Assembly: GCA_963815195.1 (NCBI GenBank)
Contig: CAWFGE010000013.1
Span: 544,001 to 608,000 of the forward strand
Source of the DNA: an uncultured Planctomycetaceae bacterium
Lineage (GTDB): Bacteria > Planctomycetota > Planctomycetia > Planctomycetales > Planctomycetaceae
Direction of reading: 5' to 3'
Length of the DNA: 64,000 bases
Under the pieces are notes generated by a model. It saw nothing but the letters and a program-made list of their open reading frames with translations. It was not told the DNA's origin and did not search any database. The stretch's first letter is position 1; each line of letters opens with the position of its first letter. This document shows positions 41,320 through 52,057 of the stretch, in pieces. Position numbers and translations under genes: made by a program.

Positions 41320-41383
41320 CCGCTTTCGATGGCGACACCCGCCGATGCCGCCTTCCAAACTTTCGATCATGAGGGAAACAACG

Positions 41384-43061
41384 ATGCCCAGAATCTGGTA
41401 TGGAAGGACCGAATCCCGCCTCGCGACGGTCCTGCTGACGTTGACGTGCTGGCATTCGGCCTCGGGGGCCGAACCGCCGGCTCCTTCAAGCCGTTACACC
41501 GCCCCGCCCCGGGTCGAATCGCCGGACTCGAAGGACGTGCCGGTCGAGATGCCGGAGAAAATGACGAACCTCGACCGCTTGCGGGAACGCCCCGCAACGG
41601 GAATCGACCTGCCCAGTGCGCTGTGGCTCGGTGGCGTTCGCAACCTGAATATCCTCACCGCCCGGCAGCGGGTCATGAGCGATGTCGCCCGGCGGCAATT
41701 GGCCGCAGCTCGAGTATCTGCCGACCATCCGCGGCGGATTGAACTACGACAACCACACTGGGGCCTTGATGCAATCCAGTGGGAACGTGCTGAACATTAA
41801 ACGCAGTTCGCTGTTCGTGGGAGCCGGCTCCGGAGCGGTCGCTGCGGGGACGGTCAGCATTCCCGGCGTGGGCTGGAATATGAATCTTGCGGAAGGGCTT
41901 TACGGATACCTGGAGAGCCGGCAAGCCGTCGAGCAGCAGCTGTTCAACAGCCGGGCCCAGGAAAACGAAATGCTGCGGAAAGTCGCCGAAGCCTATTTGA
42001 ATCTGCTCAAGGCCGAGGGGCAGCGCGTCCTGGCCCTGAAGACGCGGGACGAGATTTCGCAAATCGTCGATCTGACCCGCGCTTACGCCAAAGCGGGAGC
42101 CGGCCGCGAAGCGGACCTGGAGCGGGCGGAAACGAATCTGGAACAGCGAAACACGGACGTGACGGAGGCCGAGTTTCAAACCATCGCCGCCTCGGCGAAT
42201 TTGGTGCAGCTCTTGAACCTCGAACCGATGCTGCGGCTGGTTCCGGCGGATGAATCGGTCGTGCCCACGCCGCTGGTTCCCGATCCCATCCCCGTGCGGG
42301 AGCTGTTGGCGATCGCGTCGATGAATCGTCCCGAGTTGGGGGCGCAGCAGGCCGCGATTCAACAGGCGCTGCTCAAACTCCGCGAGAAGCAACTCTTGCC
42401 CTTTTCGCCCAATGTCATTTTGATGTTCAGCTCGGGAACGTTTGGCGGCGGCAGCGACATTGTCTCCGGAAGCAATATCCCTCCGGTCGCCCGGAACGAC
42501 ATCCTCACGCGGGGCCTCGCGTTCGGGGCTCCGGTCAACCAGCCCAGCTTCGGCAAGTTCAGCACGCGGGTCGATTTCGACGCGATCGCCTATTGGACGC
42601 TGCAAAACATGGGCTGCGGCAACATCGCCCAAATTCGCGTCGCCCGCAGCAAGCTGCAATCGGCGGATTTGGAAAAGCTGAAAACGCTCAATCAGGTGCG
42701 CCGGGAAGTCACCGGGGCCTACGTCCGCACGCACACGCTGTATGCGATGATCGAATCCAACGAAGGGGCGGTGCGAGTCGCCCAGAAGGCGCTCCAGGAA
42801 GACGTGGTCCGGATTCGCGGTTTCCAAGGCCTGCCTATCGAAGTGATCCGCAGCCAACAGTTGCTCGCCTTGGCCCGCCAGGCGTATCTGAACGCGATCA
42901 TCGAATACAACCAGGCACATCTCGACCTGTTCGTCGCGTTGGGCCAGCCCCCGGCGGATACGCTCGCGCGTCCGGTTCCCGAAGGCTATGTTCCTCCAAA
43001 AGAAACCGCAGCGCCCCAGGGCGGCGAAAACGTTCCCGCACCGGCGGGCACAAATCCCTAA
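41384..43061 (+). CDS. TolC family outer membrane efflux protein 2 (1-nt frameshift near 41711)
   Basis: Frame 1: signal, IDLPSAL.LGG.RN, RRQLAAA; frame 2: YLPT, NRPEL, GLPIEVI, AIIEYNQAHLDL..ALG. Confidence 0.83.
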
Positions 43062-43209
43062 TCGGAAAACCGTCGTTAACCACCACGCCTCCGCGGGATG
43101 CTGGATTGGGCGAGGCGCGGCGCATCGCAAGAAGCGTTCACTTCCCATTTTTAACTGACAGACTTTGAACGAGCCTTCGCCCGTTCCTTGATGATTGATG
43201 TGGTGCCCT

Positions 43210-44988
43210 ATGACAATTCGATTCTTTTGCCGGCAGACGCTCCGCCGGGGAACTTTGGCCGGCGTGGCAGCCGCATGCATTGGACTTCTGGACGCTCCGC
43301 CGTTGTCGGCCGAACCTCCGCACGGCTCCCGGCCCGTCTCCCGGAGCCGGGAGAATTGGATTCTCAGGGTCTCCTCCTCCGGCGACCTCAAGCCCGACCG
43401 GTCCAAGAACGACACAACAAACGGCGATAGAAAGGCCAATGAAGCCGCCGAGCCCGGCAAGCTCCGACCGGCCGATGCGGACAAGCCCGCGGGAAAGGCC
43501 ATGCCGCCCGCGCTTGAGCCGACCGCGATGCCGGACGATCCCGTGAATATCGGCGCGTCGAAAAACGTGATCCCGGAAGGCGAGGGATGCGTCATCGATC
43601 TGGTGACGGCCCTGCGGCTCGCGGAAACGGCGAACCCGCAGATCGCGATTTCCCGCTGGGGAATTCAGACGGCGATGGCCCAGCAGCTCGGGGCCCGCTC
43701 GCTCGCCTTGCCGCACCTCCGCGCCGGGATGAACTACCATTTCCACAACGGCGTGTTGCAGACATCGTTCGGCTTGATGCGGAAGGTCAATTCCCGGTCC
43801 TTCTACATCGGCGGCGGTTCGGGCACGCTCGCGGCGGAAACCCTCGCCTTTCCCGCCGTGCAGATCAACACCAACATCGGCGAAGCGCTGTACGCCCCCT
43901 TGGCGGCGACCCAACATGTTTACGCCAGCCAGTACGAAACCCGGGCCACGATCAACGAGGTGTTTCTGGAAGTCGCCAGCCGTTATTTAGAATTGATGTC
44001 CGCCGAGGCAGAGCTCAAGGCGATTCAGCAGTCGGAACAGGAGTTGGGCGAGGTCGCGCGGCTGACCGCTTCGTTTGCCGAGGCGGGACAGGCCCGAATT
44101 GCCGATGCCCGCCGGGCGCGCACCGAAGCGCTTTTGACCCGGCTGGAAGAGGAACGGGCTCAGGAAAAAGTTGCGGTCGCCTCCGCCGATCTGTCCCGTG
44201 TTCTGCACCTCGATCCTTCCGTCCGGCTGCGAACGCCGGGGGGGGCGATCGCGCCCGTCGATCTGATCAACCCCAACGAGGAACTTCCCGCCCTGATCGA
44301 GATCGCCCAGCGCACGCGGCCTGAACTGGCGGCTCGGATTGCCGAAATCAGCCGCCGCGATTACGAATATCTCCAGGCCAAGACCCGGCCGTTGTTTCCC
44401 GATGTGCAGGTGCGGTTCAGCGGCGGGGGATTCGGCGGCAGCACGAACCGCTACGATTTGGTCAAGATCAGCCCCGGCTTCGGTCCCATCTTCGGCCGGA
44501 CCGACTTCGACGTGATTGCGTTCTGGCAATTGGACAACTTGGGCATTGGAAACATTGCGAAGGCGAGGGAAAAACGCAGCGAACGCGAACTGGCCACCCT
44601 GGAATGGCACAACGAGCAGGCGACGATCCGCGAAGAAGTCGTCGACGCCTACGGACGGATGGAGCAAGCCTACGAAACCATGAAAATCGCCGAACGCCGA
44701 CTCGGCGACGCGGAACGCGGACTGCAGGAAGACCTCCAGCGGATCAAGGGCGGCGTGGGGCTGCCGGTGGAAGTTCTCGACAGCATGGTGCTGTTGATCG
44801 AGGCTCGAAACGCGCTGATCCGGGCGACGGTGGCCTACGACGTCGCCCAATTCAAGCTCTTCGTGTCGATCGGCCAGACGCCCGCCGCCGACCCCGCCAC
44901 CGATCCTGCCACCGGCGGCGAGAACATGCCGACGCCGGTTCCGACTCCCGCCCCGCAGAACAACAACGCTCCGAACAACAACCCGTAA
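43210..44988 (+). CDS. TolC family outer membrane efflux protein 3
   Basis: IDLVTALRLAETANPQI; TRPEL; GLPVEVLDS; ATVAYDVAQFKL..SIG. Confidence 0.85.
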   Translation: MTIRFFCRQTLRRGTLAGVAAACIGLLDAPPLSAEPPHGSRPVSRSRENWILRVSSSGDLKPDRSKNDTTNGDRKANEAAEPGKLRPADADKPAGKAMPPALEPTAMPDDPVNIGASKNVIPEGEGCVIDLVTALRLAETANPQIAISRWGIQTAMAQQLGARSLALPHLRAGMNYHFHNGVLQTSFGLMRKVNSRSFYIGGGSGTLAAETLAFPAVQINTNIGEALYAPLAATQHVYASQYETRATINEVFLEVASRYLELMSAEAELKAIQQSEQELGEVARLTASFAEAGQARIADARRARTEALLTRLEEERAQEKVAVASADLSRVLHLDPSVRLRTPGGAIAPVDLINPNEELPALIEIAQRTRPELAARIAEISRRDYEYLQAKTRPLFPDVQVRFSGGGFGGSTNRYDLVKISPGFGPIFGRTDFDVIAFWQLDNLGIGNIAKAREKRSERELATLEWHNEQATIREEVVDAYGRMEQAYETMKIAERRLGDAERGLQEDLQRIKGGVGLPVEVLDSMVLLIEARNALIRATVAYDVAQFKLFVSIGQTPAADPATDPATGGENMPTPVPTPAPQNNNAPNNNP

Positions 44989-45086
44989 TCTTCTGGCAAC
45001 CGTTCAGAGCGTCGGCTTCCAGCCGCCGCGATCGATTTTCGCTGGTGAGGCCGCGACGTTGGTTGCGGCTTCGCCGCGTCGGGCGG

Positions 45087-46748
45087 TCAGCGAGAGTCGC
45101 CGTTTTTCGGTGGGGCGTTTGAGGATTCGTTCGGAAGGGCCGGGGCGCGGGTGATTTGGGGGAACAACTTCTTCGCCTCGGCCTGGTCCGCGTCCCCTTT
45201 CGCCGTCTCGCCCTGCTCCTTCCGCGCTCGGCCGCGGTAATAGAGGGCCCGCGCGCGGATGCCTTTGTTCGTTGGCGCGGCCTGTTCGATGGCTTTCGTG
45301 AAGTCTTTCTCGGCCTCCGCCGGTTTGTTGGAAGCCAGTTCCGCCAATCCCCGCGCGAGCCAACCGCCGGCCCATTTCGGGTCAAGCTTGATGGCCCGGT
45401 TCGCCTCGTCCAATGCTTTCTCGATTTCATTCAGGCGGACAGAACACCGCGCCAAAAGACCCAAAGTCCGGGCCATCGCCGCCGCGCCGCCCGGTTCGGA
45501 CTTTTTGGGCTCGATCAATTCGAGCGCGGTCAGGCCGTCCGCGCGGGCCTTTTCCGGCTGCTCCATTTCCAAATAGGTGTTGGCCCGCGCCCAGTACAGA
45601 TCCAACCGCGTCGGGGCCAGCTTGACGGCTTTGCTGAAGTCGTCGACGGCCTTGGCCAGGTCCTGTTTCTGGAGATACGCCATCGCCCGATGGGTATGGT
45701 AAACGTAATCGTTGGGGGCCTTTTCAATGGCCTCGGTAAAGTCCTCGATGGCCGGATCAATGCGGCCCAGTTGCAGGCGCACCCGGCCGCGCTCGAAGCG
45801 GAACAACGCCGACTTCGGCTCGGCCTCGACGGCCGCATCCAAATCGGCGAGCGCCTCTTGGAAGCGATTGACGTGTTCGTAAGCCACGGCCCGGATGTAC
45901 CGGGCGAGGCCCAGCTTCGGATGCGCCTTGATGATTTTGTCCGCATCCTCGATGGTCTGTTTGATCTCGCCCATCGCCAGCGCGAGTTCCGCCCGCTCCA
46001 GCCGAAGGTCCAGATCCGCGGGCCGGAGTTCGACGGCCCGGGCGTAATCGGCCAAGGCGTCTTTTTCTTTCCCTTGCCGAGCCAATAGCCGGCCCCGCTG
46101 TAACAACGCATCGACGTAATCCGGGTTGAGCCGGAGCGCCTCGTTGAACTTCTCGAGCGCCACCGCGGGCCGGCCGTCGGCGAGTTCCTCCAGTCCCTCG
46201 CGGTACGCCGCGTCCGCGATGCTCGCAAAAAACCGGGTCTGGCTATTGACGTCGAGCAAGAGCGAACCCACGCTCAGCGCCATTCCCGCCAGGAGCGGAA
46301 CCGCCACACTCGACCGCCGTCCGCCTTCCACCCGCCAGGCTTGAAAGCGCTGACGCTGCGGCACAACAAAAATCAGCACGATGAAAATGCAGGACACCGC
46401 CTCTATTGCCGGTCCGATCCACCAAACCCAAGCATCCCAAAGGCCAAGCCGAAACAGCCACATGAAGCGGCTGTACGGGGACATCCACCACGGGGCCCCG
46501 TAGGCAATCGACGTGATGAGAGATGCCGCCAATGCCGCCACGCCGACAAGGAGCGGTCCCCACGCGAACCGCGACGGATCGAGTCGCCGGCGGTTGAGGC
46601 TCGCCATCACCCCGCCCCAAACCGCCGAAAAACCCGCCGTGAAAAACACCGTCGCAATTGCCAGAATGACCGGCGGCCACGGGGGCGCGGCGTTTTTCGG
46701 GGGACTCTTCGCAGGTGAATCGGCGCGAACGGATGCGTCTTGCGTCAC
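45087..46748 (-). CDS. Multi-pass membrane protein with a long TPR array
   Basis: About 4 hydrophobic helices, then many A...RG......G....A..DF..A TPR units. Confidence 0.85.
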   Translation of the reverse strand: MTQDASVRADSPAKSPPKNAAPPWPPVILAIATVFFTAGFSAVWGGVMASLNRRRLDPSRFAWGPLLVGVAALAASLITSIAYGAPWWMSPYSRFMWLFRLGLWDAWVWWIGPAIEAVSCIFIVLIFVVPQRQRFQAWRVEGGRRSSVAVPLLAGMALSVGSLLLDVNSQTRFFASIADAAYREGLEELADGRPAVALEKFNEALRLNPDYVDALLQRGRLLARQGKEKDALADYARAVELRPADLDLRLERAELALAMGEIKQTIEDADKIIKAHPKLGLARYIRAVAYEHVNRFQEALADLDAAVEAEPKSALFRFERGRVRLQLGRIDPAIEDFTEAIEKAPNDYVYHTHRAMAYLQKQDLAKAVDDFSKAVKLAPTRLDLYWARANTYLEMEQPEKARADGLTALELIEPKKSEPGGAAAMARTLGLLARCSVRLNEIEKALDEANRAIKLDPKWAGGWLARGLAELASNKPAEAEKDFTKAIEQAAPTNKGIRARALYYRGRARKEQGETAKGDADQAEAKKLFPQITRAPALPNESSNAPPKNGDSR

Positions 46749-47067
46749 GAGTCTCTCCTTCTCGGCCCAATCGTCGTCGGCGGTTTCTTACACTCCGCCC
46801 GCACTACGCGAAACGGAGCAATCGGGAAAAGGCGGGCGGATCCGTACGGGGGCCCGGGACTTGGATCAGAAAAAAGTCCTGAGCGAGATGTCCACTCTTC
46901 CCAGTTTGTTGAGCACGTCCCTAACGGAGTTTAGCATCTATCGCGGCGGTTGTGCAGTTTGACTCCGCCCCGTTTTCGGAGAAAGATCACGCCAACGATA
47001 CGTTTGCGAATCGCTCCCCCAAAAGCCGACCATGCGGGCCGTCGGAAACGCGGATCACGATCAATGC

Positions 47068-48522
47068 CTAGCGAACGCGGCGGCGGTTCTCGAAATCGAT
47101 CTGCGTGACGCCTTGCGGTTTGCGGTTGGCTTCGGCGATGCGCGTTCTCAATTGCGAAGCGAGTTCCGCCATGATTTGGGCGTGCTCTTTACTGTTGGCG
47201 AGATTCTTCATTTCCTGCGGGTCGGTTTGATGATCGTAAAGCTCCGCGCCGAGTTTTCCGTCCTCGCCCCATTCCGTGTAGCGGTAGCGCGGCGTGCGGA
47301 GACTATAGCCGTTGGCAAACTGTGTGAAAGCCGCCTTGCGGGGCGCGGCCGTGGGGTCTTGGAGTGCGGGGACCAGGCTCACGCCGGCAGTCGACTTCGG
47401 CGGCATTAACCCGGCGAGTTCCGCGAGCGTGGGATAGAAATCCACCATCTCCACCGGACTTTTCGCCGTCTCACCCGCGGCTTTCACACCCGGACCGGCG
47501 ATAATGAGCGGCACGTGCGTCGCGTTTTCAAAGAGCGTCGTCTTTTGATAGTACCCGTGCTCGCCCATGTGATAACCATGATCGGACGTAAACAGGATAA
47601 CCGTGTTTTCCGCAAGGCCCGCTTCGTCCAATGCATCTAAGATCTTCCCGAGCTGCGCATCGGCAAAAGTGATGGAAGAGTAATAGGCTTGAATCGCCTG
47701 GCGGGCGAGATCGTCGGCGAGGTTGACTTGCTCCTTCTTCCGTAACAGCGATTGCTGGGCCGGCTTGGGCAGCGTGTCCAGATAGCCTTCGGGGACCTGG
47801 GGGACTTTGATTTGGCTCGTGGGATAGAGATCGAAATACTTTTTCGGAGCCACATAGGGCGTATGCGGCCGATAGAGACCCACGGCGAGATAGAACGGCT
47901 TTTTGTTCTTGCCATATTCCTTTAGCAGCTTGGCGGCTTCGTTCGCGGCGATGCCGTCGGTTTGCTCTTCGTCGGCGCCTTCCGCGGCGAGCCAGCTTAA
48001 AGTGCCCCCGAAACTTCCCGGCCGCAGGCTGAAAATCTTCGGCTCATCATCGCGGTCCCGCCCGCGGGGATTGATGGTATGGTCCCAGGAATAAGGATCG
48101 TCATGCCCGCCCGTGCCGATGTGAAGCGGCACGTTGTAGTGGAAGATTTTCCCGATCCGCGTGGCGAAGTAGCCGGCGTCGCGGAACATCTGCGGGATGG
48201 TTTTCACGTTGGGCACATGTTCGCGGACATAGATCGCGTTCCGGTGGATCAAGGTCTGATCGGGGTACATCCCGGTCATAAACGAAGCTCGGCTGGGACC
48301 GCACAGCGGATATTGGCAATACGCGTGCTGAAACCGCACACCCCGCTGGGCCAGCCGGTCGATGTTCGGCGATTTGACCTGCGGATGCCCGTAACATCCG
48401 AGATCGCAATTGAGGTCATCGCAGATCAAAAATAGCACGTTTGGTTTTTGGGAATCATCGGCACCTAGGCCGATGTTTGTGATGGAGACGACAAAGCACA
48501 TCAGGAACAAATAGCGAAACAT
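47068..48522 (-). CDS. Sulfatase (Cys-type formylglycine, iduronate-2-sulfatase-like)
   Basis: Signal peptide; PNVLFLICDDL; LCGPSRASFMTG; GKIFH; YRPHTP; TSDHG; ELYD...DP.E. Confidence 0.93.
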   Translation of the reverse strand: MFRYLFLMCFVVSITNIGLGADDSQKPNVLFLICDDLNCDLGCYGHPQVKSPNIDRLAQRGVRFQHAYCQYPLCGPSRASFMTGMYPDQTLIHRNAIYVREHVPNVKTIPQMFRDAGYFATRIGKIFHYNVPLHIGTGGHDDPYSWDHTINPRGRDRDDEPKIFSLRPGSFGGTLSWLAAEGADEEQTDGIAANEAAKLLKEYGKNKKPFYLAVGLYRPHTPYVAPKKYFDLYPTSQIKVPQVPEGYLDTLPKPAQQSLLRKKEQVNLADDLARQAIQAYYSSITFADAQLGKILDALDEAGLAENTVILFTSDHGYHMGEHGYYQKTTLFENATHVPLIIAGPGVKAAGETAKSPVEMVDFYPTLAELAGLMPPKSTAGVSLVPALQDPTAAPRKAAFTQFANGYSLRTPRYRYTEWGEDGKLGAELYDHQTDPQEMKNLANSKEHAQIMAELASQLRTRIAEANRKPQGVTQIDFENRRRVR

Positions 48523-48570
48523 AGAGGCCTCCTCGTTGGAAGTTGGAACGGCTCGTGCTAATTAAACTCA

Positions 48571-48908
48571 CTCGAACTGTAAGAGGATAAACCACGAAAG
48601 ACACGAAAGACACGAAAGGAAGAAGGGAGGCTTCCGATTGGGTGAGCGCAGTTCCTGTGGCCTCAATCGGTAGGTCGCACAGTTTCGAACCGCGGATCAC
48701 AGATTTTCGCGGATAAAAACCTAAGCGGCCCTTGACGTTTCTCGCGACGAAATCGGAAATGCAGCAAAAGGTTTCCTTCGATTCCTCCGCGAAATCCGCT
48801 GGGCTCGAGTGCTCTCAGGCCTGCAGGGAGGCAAGAGGATTTCAGAGAGTTCTGGCTGTTTTTCGTGTCATTCGTGTGTTTCGTGGTTAAAAGCCTTTAC
48901 AGTTTGAG
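48571..48908. mobile_element. Composite non-autonomous element with CTC(G/A)AACTGTAA ends and CACGAA triplet arms
   Basis: Left CTCGAACTGTAA..AACCACGAAAGACACGAAAGACACGAAA; right TTTCGTGTCATTCGTGTGTTTCGTGGTT..TTACAGTTTGAG. Confidence 0.65.
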
Positions 48909-48920
48909 TAACTAAAACGT

Positions 48921-50411
48921 CTACGGTCGCGGCGGGATTTCGATCGGGAAATAATCTCGGTCGCGGTTTTTATAATGGAGTTTGGAGAAATCGTGCGTGT
49001 GGATGGCTTGCGCATCCACGTTATAGATCGAGCCGGCGATCGGCTCGAAGCTTGCGCGGAAATGGGCGGCGGATTTGAGGGCGATGTATTTCATAAGGGT
49101 GCAATCGATGCCGAGCGTTTTCGCGAACGCCGGTCCGAGAGGTTGCTCCGGGGCGGTGACGACCACCACGGACACGCCGTCCTGTTTGAGCCACGCCGAG
49201 CGGCCCATGTTGCCTGTAAGACCCGCCAACATCGGGCCATCATAAGTAAAATCGCCATCGGACACCGCCATGACCTCTGCGTTCATTTTCACGGGCGGGC
49301 CTTGGACCGGATCGGACTTGCCGCCGACTTCGATCGCCAGCCGGCTCCCCACGCCCGCGGCATGGGCCGCCTCCGCGACTTCGGGATCGACGATATAGAG
49401 GATCAACGCGTCATCCAGTTTCCGGTCGAGGAAGGTTTGCAGGATTTCGGTGGAATCGCCGGCCGCACCGCCGCCGGTGTTGTCGGCATGGTCGGCAAGG
49501 ATTATCGGATACCGCCCCGCGGTTTCGCCGGCTTCGAGGGCCTCGCTCACGGAAACGATCGGCTGCTGCCAGCGTTCGCGGTGTTCCCAAATCCAGTTTG
49601 CCAATGCGTCGGCTGCCGAATCCGCGAGACTTTGGTCTTCGTTGGCAACGACGATCACGCTCGGCCCCATTTCGGGAACGTCGGCCCAGGGAAATCCGGT
49701 GGCCAACGTGACCGAGAGTATCCCTGCGCGGGTCTCCATGTCGTGCACCTGTTGCATGACCTCGTTCATCGGCGGATGCGCGGTCACTTGCCGGGAGCAG
49801 CCCCAGAACATCGGCAACTGCTTGAGAGCCATCACCGGGTGGATTTGGCCCGCGAGCATCGAGACCATCAAGTCCGCGGCTTCGCGGCCGCGCTCGGCCA
49901 TGTCGATGTGCGGATAGGTGTCAAACCCGACGATCGCATCGGCGAGCTTCACGCGTTTCTGAGTGTGATTGCCGTGGAGGTCGAACGTCACAATCACCGG
50001 GCGACCGGGGCCGACGACTTCGCGGACCGCCGCGATCACATCGCCGTCGCCGTCGTCGATGCCTTCCACGACCATCGCCCCGTGCAAATCCAACAGCACG
50101 CCGTCCACCTTTCCATGCGCGGCCTCGTCCGCCCGCAGGCGGTCCAGGAGTTCCGCCTTCAGGGCCTCGTAATCCTCCCGCACGATCGGCCCACTGGGAT
50201 AAGCAAAAGCCCAAAGCAAAGGCACCACGTCGAAGCCATGCGTCTCCGCCCCCTCGAGAAATCCGCCCGTGCAGACGTTCGCCCCGCGAAACCGCTTGAG
50301 CATATCCTCGCCGCGGTACAAACCGAACCCGGTTTCAAACTCGCGAAGGGTCGTTTTGGTTTTGGAAAACGTGCTGGTTTCGTGGGAAATCCCGCCGATG
50401 GCAATTCGCAT
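48921..50411 (-). CDS. M81 family metallopeptidase (MlrC-like)
   Basis: GGISHETSTFS, LDLHGAM, TFDLHGN, TYPHID, GFPWAD, ADNTGGG, KSAAHFRA.F. Confidence 0.9.
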   Translation of the reverse strand: MRIAIGGISHETSTFSKTKTTLREFETGFGLYRGEDMLKRFRGANVCTGGFLEGAETHGFDVVPLLWAFAYPSGPIVREDYEALKAELLDRLRADEAAHGKVDGVLLDLHGAMVVEGIDDGDGDVIAAVREVVGPGRPVIVTFDLHGNHTQKRVKLADAIVGFDTYPHIDMAERGREAADLMVSMLAGQIHPVMALKQLPMFWGCSRQVTAHPPMNEVMQQVHDMETRAGILSVTLATGFPWADVPEMGPSVIVVANEDQSLADSAADALANWIWEHRERWQQPIVSVSEALEAGETAGRYPIILADHADNTGGGAAGDSTEILQTFLDRKLDDALILYIVDPEVAEAAHAAGVGSRLAIEVGGKSDPVQGPPVKMNAEVMAVSDGDFTYDGPMLAGLTGNMGRSAWLKQDGVSVVVVTAPEQPLGPAFAKTLGIDCTLMKYIALKSAAHFRASFEPIAGSIYNVDAQAIHTHDFSKLHYKNRDRDYFPIEIPPRP

Positions 50412-50529
50412 GGATGGCTGCTCGCTGGCGTGGTGCAGGATGGACTGTCAACAGGTCGAGACATCATTCAAAAGTATTTCGAGGCGGCACACAACACCGA
50501 CGAAGCTTTCCCGCGGATTTTCTACCGCT

Positions 50530-50946
50530 TCAGCATCCGCCGTGCTTGCCGGCGCGGGCGGCGGATTTTTGGATCAGCTCTTTCAAAACGTCCAAATCAA
50601 TGTCGTCCAGCTTTTTGATGTACAGGCAGGATTTGCCGGTTTTGGATTTGCCGAGCCTGGCCATCAGGGGGTCGTCCTCCGCGATGCCGCCCATGATATA
50701 GAGCGTGAGGTTTTGTTTTCGCGGCGAGAAGCCCGTGACGAACCAATCGTTTTCGCGGCCGTCGGCATATTGGTAACGGCAGCTGCCAAAACCGACGATG
50801 GTCGGCCCCCACATCGCCGGTTCCTCGCCGGTGACTTCCTGCATGATTTCCACGATGGTTCGGCAGTCCTCCCGGCGTTTGGCATCCACGGTGTTCAGGA
50901 ATGCCTCGACATCGCCGTCGTTCTTTTGCGTTTTCAGTTCAGCCAT
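50530..50946 (-). CDS. DUF1801 (YdhG-like) protein
   Basis: MWGPTIVGFG, GFSPRKQNLTLY, LGKSKTGKSCLYIKKLDDID. Confidence 0.88.
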   Translation of the reverse strand: MAELKTQKNDGDVEAFLNTVDAKRREDCRTIVEIMQEVTGEEPAMWGPTIVGFGSCRYQYADGRENDWFVTGFSPRKQNLTLYIMGGIAEDDPLMARLGKSKTGKSCLYIKKLDDIDLDVLKELIQKSAARAGKHGGC

Positions 50947-51130
50947 GTTGGTCGAATTGGTTGGTGGTGTTCGGCGCGAGTCGTCATTGCCTCCACTTGA
51001 ACGTTTTCGCGGCCGAATTTCAAATCCGCCACGCGATTTCCATCGCAGAGCTTGGCAAGCGGGCATCGGCTGCGCAGAATAAGTGGCGGAGGTTTCCTAC
51101 TTCGCTTCTTTTTCATTGATAGAGGTTGCC

Positions 51131-52027
51131 ATGCACGGGCCTACGCGTCGCGAGTTTCTCAAAACCAGTGCCGTGGCAGGATTGGCGGGGGTATCTTCCG
51201 CGTGGGTCGGGCCCATTTCGGCGGCACCGGCAGCGAAAACGTCCGCGATGCGGTTCGGGCTCGTCACGTATCTTTGGGGAGCCGACTGGGACTTGCCCAC
51301 GCTGATTGCCAACTGCGAACAGGCAAACCTTCCGGGCGTCGAGCTGCGAACCACGCACACCCACGGCGTCGAACCGGCGCTCTCCGCGCAGCAGCGGAAA
51401 GACGTGAAGAAACGGTTTGAAGACAGCAGCGTGACGAATGTGGGCATCGGCAGCAACGAACGCTACGACAACCCCGACCCGGCGGTCCTCAAAAAAGCCA
51501 TCGAGGCCACCAAAGCCTTCATCCGCCTCAGCCAGGACGTCGGCGGCAGCGGCGTGAAAGTCAAACCCGACCGTTTCTACAAAGATGTCCCCCGCGAAAA
51601 AACCATCGAGCAGATCGGGCGGTCGCTGAATCTCCTCGGGAAATACGGGGCCGACTACAATCAGCAAATTCGCCTGGAAGTCCACGGCCAGTGCGCGGAG
51701 CTGCCGACGATTCGGAAAATTCTCGACGTGGCCGATCATCCCAACGTCGCGATTTGCTGGAACTCGAACCCGCAGGACCTGGAAGGGGCCGGCCTCGAAA
51801 AGAATTTCCGATCGGTGGCCGACCGCTTTGGAGCCACCTGCCACGTTCACGAATTGGATTCCAAGACCTATCCTTACGAGAAGCTGTTCGCGTTACTTAA
51901 CGACATCCAATACAAAGGCTGGATTCTCCTGGAAGCCGGCAAACCGCCCAAAGATCGGCTCGCGGCCCTCAAAAACCAACGCCGGCTGTTTGACGAACTC
52001 GCGGCATCCACGGCTCCCAAAGGATAA
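51131..52027 (+). CDS. Tat-exported sugar phosphate isomerase/epimerase (xylose isomerase-like TIM barrel)
   Basis: TRREFLK; GVELRT; IRLEVHG; CHVHE; YKGWILLE. Confidence 0.8.
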   Translation: MHGPTRREFLKTSAVAGLAGVSSAWVGPISAAPAAKTSAMRFGLVTYLWGADWDLPTLIANCEQANLPGVELRTTHTHGVEPALSAQQRKDVKKRFEDSSVTNVGIGSNERYDNPDPAVLKKAIEATKAFIRLSQDVGGSGVKVKPDRFYKDVPREKTIEQIGRSLNLLGKYGADYNQQIRLEVHGQCAELPTIRKILDVADHPNVAICWNSNPQDLEGAGLEKNFRSVADRFGATCHVHELDSKTYPYEKLFALLNDIQYKGWILLEAGKPPKDRLAALKNQRRLFDELAASTAPKG

Positions 52028-52057
52028 TCGCCGACCACTCTTTCCCTCCAAAACGAC

